From Vermamoeba vermiformis (lineage: Eukaryota): a DNA stretch of 64,000 nt. Under the pieces are notes generated by a model, which did not search any database, had not been told where the DNA came from, and worked only from the letters and a program-made list of their open reading frames with translations. Made by a program: the position numbers and the translations under genes. Below, piece by piece: positions 61,456 through 64,000 of the stretch. The first letter of the stretch is position 1, and each line of letters begins with the position of its first letter. Where the stretch lies: the NCBI GenBank assembly GCA_045837725.1, contig JBEWZL010000291.1:1-64000 (forward strand), in the 5' to 3' direction.

Positions 61456-64000
61456 ATGGCAGCAACAACACCCGAAGACATCGATTTAATTGATGATATA
61501 TGGCAGAGGATATTTAGTAGCCTAGATTACAGGTGCAGAGTTTCCCTCTTTCAGGTAAATCTGCTACTCTTTTGAAAAATAGGAATATTTTCTATATTTA
61601 GTATTATTTCAAATATCAAGGCACCGAATTTTCTTACTCCAGCTGTATCTTGTTATTTTTCTTCGAAATAATCAATTAATTATAAATTAATTGAATAGCC
61701 GTTTTAAAATTGCTTTTCTTTAACAACCATTTCTCATCCTATTGAAAGATCTCAAAACGATGGAAAGCGCTTGCTTCTAACCCCGTTTGTTGGACATTTC
61801 TGGATGTGACGCTTCCCAGTGAAAGAGAACCCCAAGCTAGCGAGCGAACAACTCTGTTTTGCAAATTCGTAGCTAAGTATTGTTCTTTGACGACGAAGAT
61901 CAAAATAGAGAAAGAGGACTCTTTCATGTTTTGGACGGTGATGCAGGCCCTCTTCCCACTTCGGCACTTGCGCTACTTGAAGATGATTGTCCGTGGAGGT
62001 GGCGGTTATCAACCTCTAAACGGGTCTTTATTTCCAAAACCAGATTGGTCGAATCTAATTTACCTCAATTTGCAATTGCACGAAACAACAGTTTTAAATG
62101 AAGGGTGGGCTTGGGTCAGACTGACCGAAGTATGAACCGAATTCAGCTTTGTAATTTCGCTCACAAATGTTATTTTAGGGTGCGCTTAACTTAGAAGAAA
62201 TCCACTTGGCTCAAACGCGACCAAGAATGGATCGCACTTCGTTCGTAAATGGGTTGGCGAATTGCCAGAAATTGAAACTATTGACGATGCCAGATGTCTC
62301 GCGTCTAACAACTGGCGCTACAAATCCTGGCCCTCAAATTCAGCAGGTGGTCGTTATGGAGTCTATTTACGAACGCTTGCCGGATCTACAAACTGTGATT
62401 ATTCCGACTATCGAGAAAGGTCTTCGAGTAGGAGGCTTTGGGCAAGCATTTGGTGCTCCTGCCAATCCACTCTTTGGAGCCCCGCAAGCATTCGGTGGAG
62501 GTTTTGGGCAAGGATTTGGTGCTCCTGCCAATTCAACACTGTTTGGAGCCCCACAAGCATTCGGCGGAGGGTTTGGGCAAGGATTTGCGCATGCCAATCC
62601 AACACAGTTTGGCGGAGGCTTCGGCGCTCCAGCCACACCGCCTCTGTTTGGCGGCCCACCACCATTCGGTGAACAACAACAGACTGAAAAGTTATCGTTA
62701 GAGTACCATGGCAACACTCTTGTGGTCACCGAGGAAATTCTTCGCTCACGCGACTTGGAAATCGTAACGAAAATTGGACACCTGCTCAAGAAAACAAACT
62801 ACGTTGGCTATTTTATGCGGAGACTTAACAGTGCCGGTGGTTTAGAACAGCTGACAGCTCCATTGATGCACTGTTTAATCAACGAACTGAAGCTCGATAT
62901 TAACCGCAGCTCTGCACAAGCGGATCCGTTTGCAGTTGATGTATTTCATGTGGAAGCATTTTCACCAGTAAGTAGAAGCGATATCAAAAATCAATATTAA
63001 CATGTAATCTTTTTACTGCAAGGTCTATCCGCTAAGTTCCGTATTGGATGATGTCGAACAAGTTCAGTTGATGCTTGACTTCGGAGCAGATCCGAATTGC
63101 CCTGATGGAGTCCCACCGCTGGGGTTTGGTACCACATCCAAAGATAGCTGCATTCTTCTACTTGAGCGTGGAGCGGATCCTCTGAAGCAAGTTGACCGGT
63201 CGTCACCCGCAATATGCGGCTGGTTTACAAAATTTTCTGACCAAGGTACATTTGACTTGTCTTTCAATTATAAAGCCTCAAGATCTGTCGAGCACTCATA
63301 TTTCTAATTTTCATCCAGATCTTGCCGAGATTTTGACGGTGGTGTTAAACAAAGGATTAATTGAGGTTAATCAAAAGATTGATGGTTCGAAAACTCTCCT
63401 TGATGTAAGCATAGCTTTACTCTATCGAATTAAAAAAACTTATGTGAGTTCTAATGATTAGTTTGCCGTTGCAAACGAGTACTCGCTTACAATCCAAGAG
63501 TTGCTTGCACGCGGAGCAAGATGGACACCGCGAGCGATGGATAAGTTGATTCATTGGGATCTTAATCAGGTGAGGCAAAGTATTCGCGGGTAATACAACT
63601 AACACTCTATTTATTAGTGTTCTGATGTCATGACGAGCGGCAAGTTTGATGTTAGTCAATTGCTTCTCGGTACCGCGTTGACGGCGATACAACGTGACAT
63701 GTATCCACTTGTGTAAGTGCCCATAATTTTGGTAGAACTTATTGGTTTAATCTAATTGAGCAGTCGTGAGCACCTTCAGAATCTTCCTCGCGATCTTGAT
63801 CAGAACGGTTTTGGAGTGGTGCACTACCTTTCATTGCTACAACAAAATGCCATGCCGAGTCAGGCAAAGACTGGAATTACAGGAACGTTTTGGGGCGAAG
63901 ATAGTGCTACTGTAGCACCCATCGAATCTGCAGAACAAAGTCTTCGTGAACTGGATCAAATGATCAAAGAGCTCAACCTGGACGTCAACTTAAAGACGTC
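61456..64000 (+). CDS. F-box / LRR-like / ankyrin-repeat protein with an FG-rich insert (3' partial)
   Basis: F-box-like LIDDIWQRIFSSLD; LRR-like NCQKLKLLTM; ANK VQLMLDFGADPN…LLLERGADP. Confidence 0.7.
62430..62668 (+). repeat. Coding tandem repeat (66-69 bp unit, ~3 copies) encoding GGFGQxFGAPANxxLFGAPQAF
   Basis: Visible directly in both the DNA and the translation of ORF 62206-63000. Confidence 0.9.

Overview
Genomic DNA of an intron-rich, AT-rich microbial eukaryote, probably an amoeboid protist (inference). Introns are short GT-AG with CTAAY branch points, so most genes are split across several ORF-track entries. All calls come from manual splicing and motif recognition; no searches were run. 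Positions 1-6569 look like the right-hand part of a large piggyBac/Pokey-like DNA transposon. It carries (i) a gene with a divergent SRA/YDG-like domain, (ii) one spliced gene fusing a USP (C19) deubiquitinase, a chromodomain and a DDD piggyBac transposase with its Cys-rich tail, and (iii) a ~460-nt GC-rich, plus-strand structured non-coding segment just before a candidate terminus (…TGAAAAGGG|ATAT). This is the most interesting system in the window. Positions ~8-52 kb hold many large accessory genes: an adenosine-deaminase/lipase-like fusion, a GTPase-HSP20 fusion, a Bro-N/dynamin-like GTPase/GREB1-like glycosyltransferase/OTU fusion between ~600-bp direct repeats, an intronless GMC oxidoreductase, a truncated Crinkler-type NTPase, and a DUF3638/DUF3645 giant gene flanked by ankyrin/F-box/ParB-like paralogues. 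An S53 peptidase also lies there. Positions 52-64 kb are mostly housekeeping: an MTA/SAH deaminase, thioredoxin, a PAXX-like gene, a cytochrome b5/acyl-CoA dehydrogenase whose introns host a ~950-nt foldback and a 5S rRNA gene, a secreted NTF2-like protein and an F-box/ankyrin gene.
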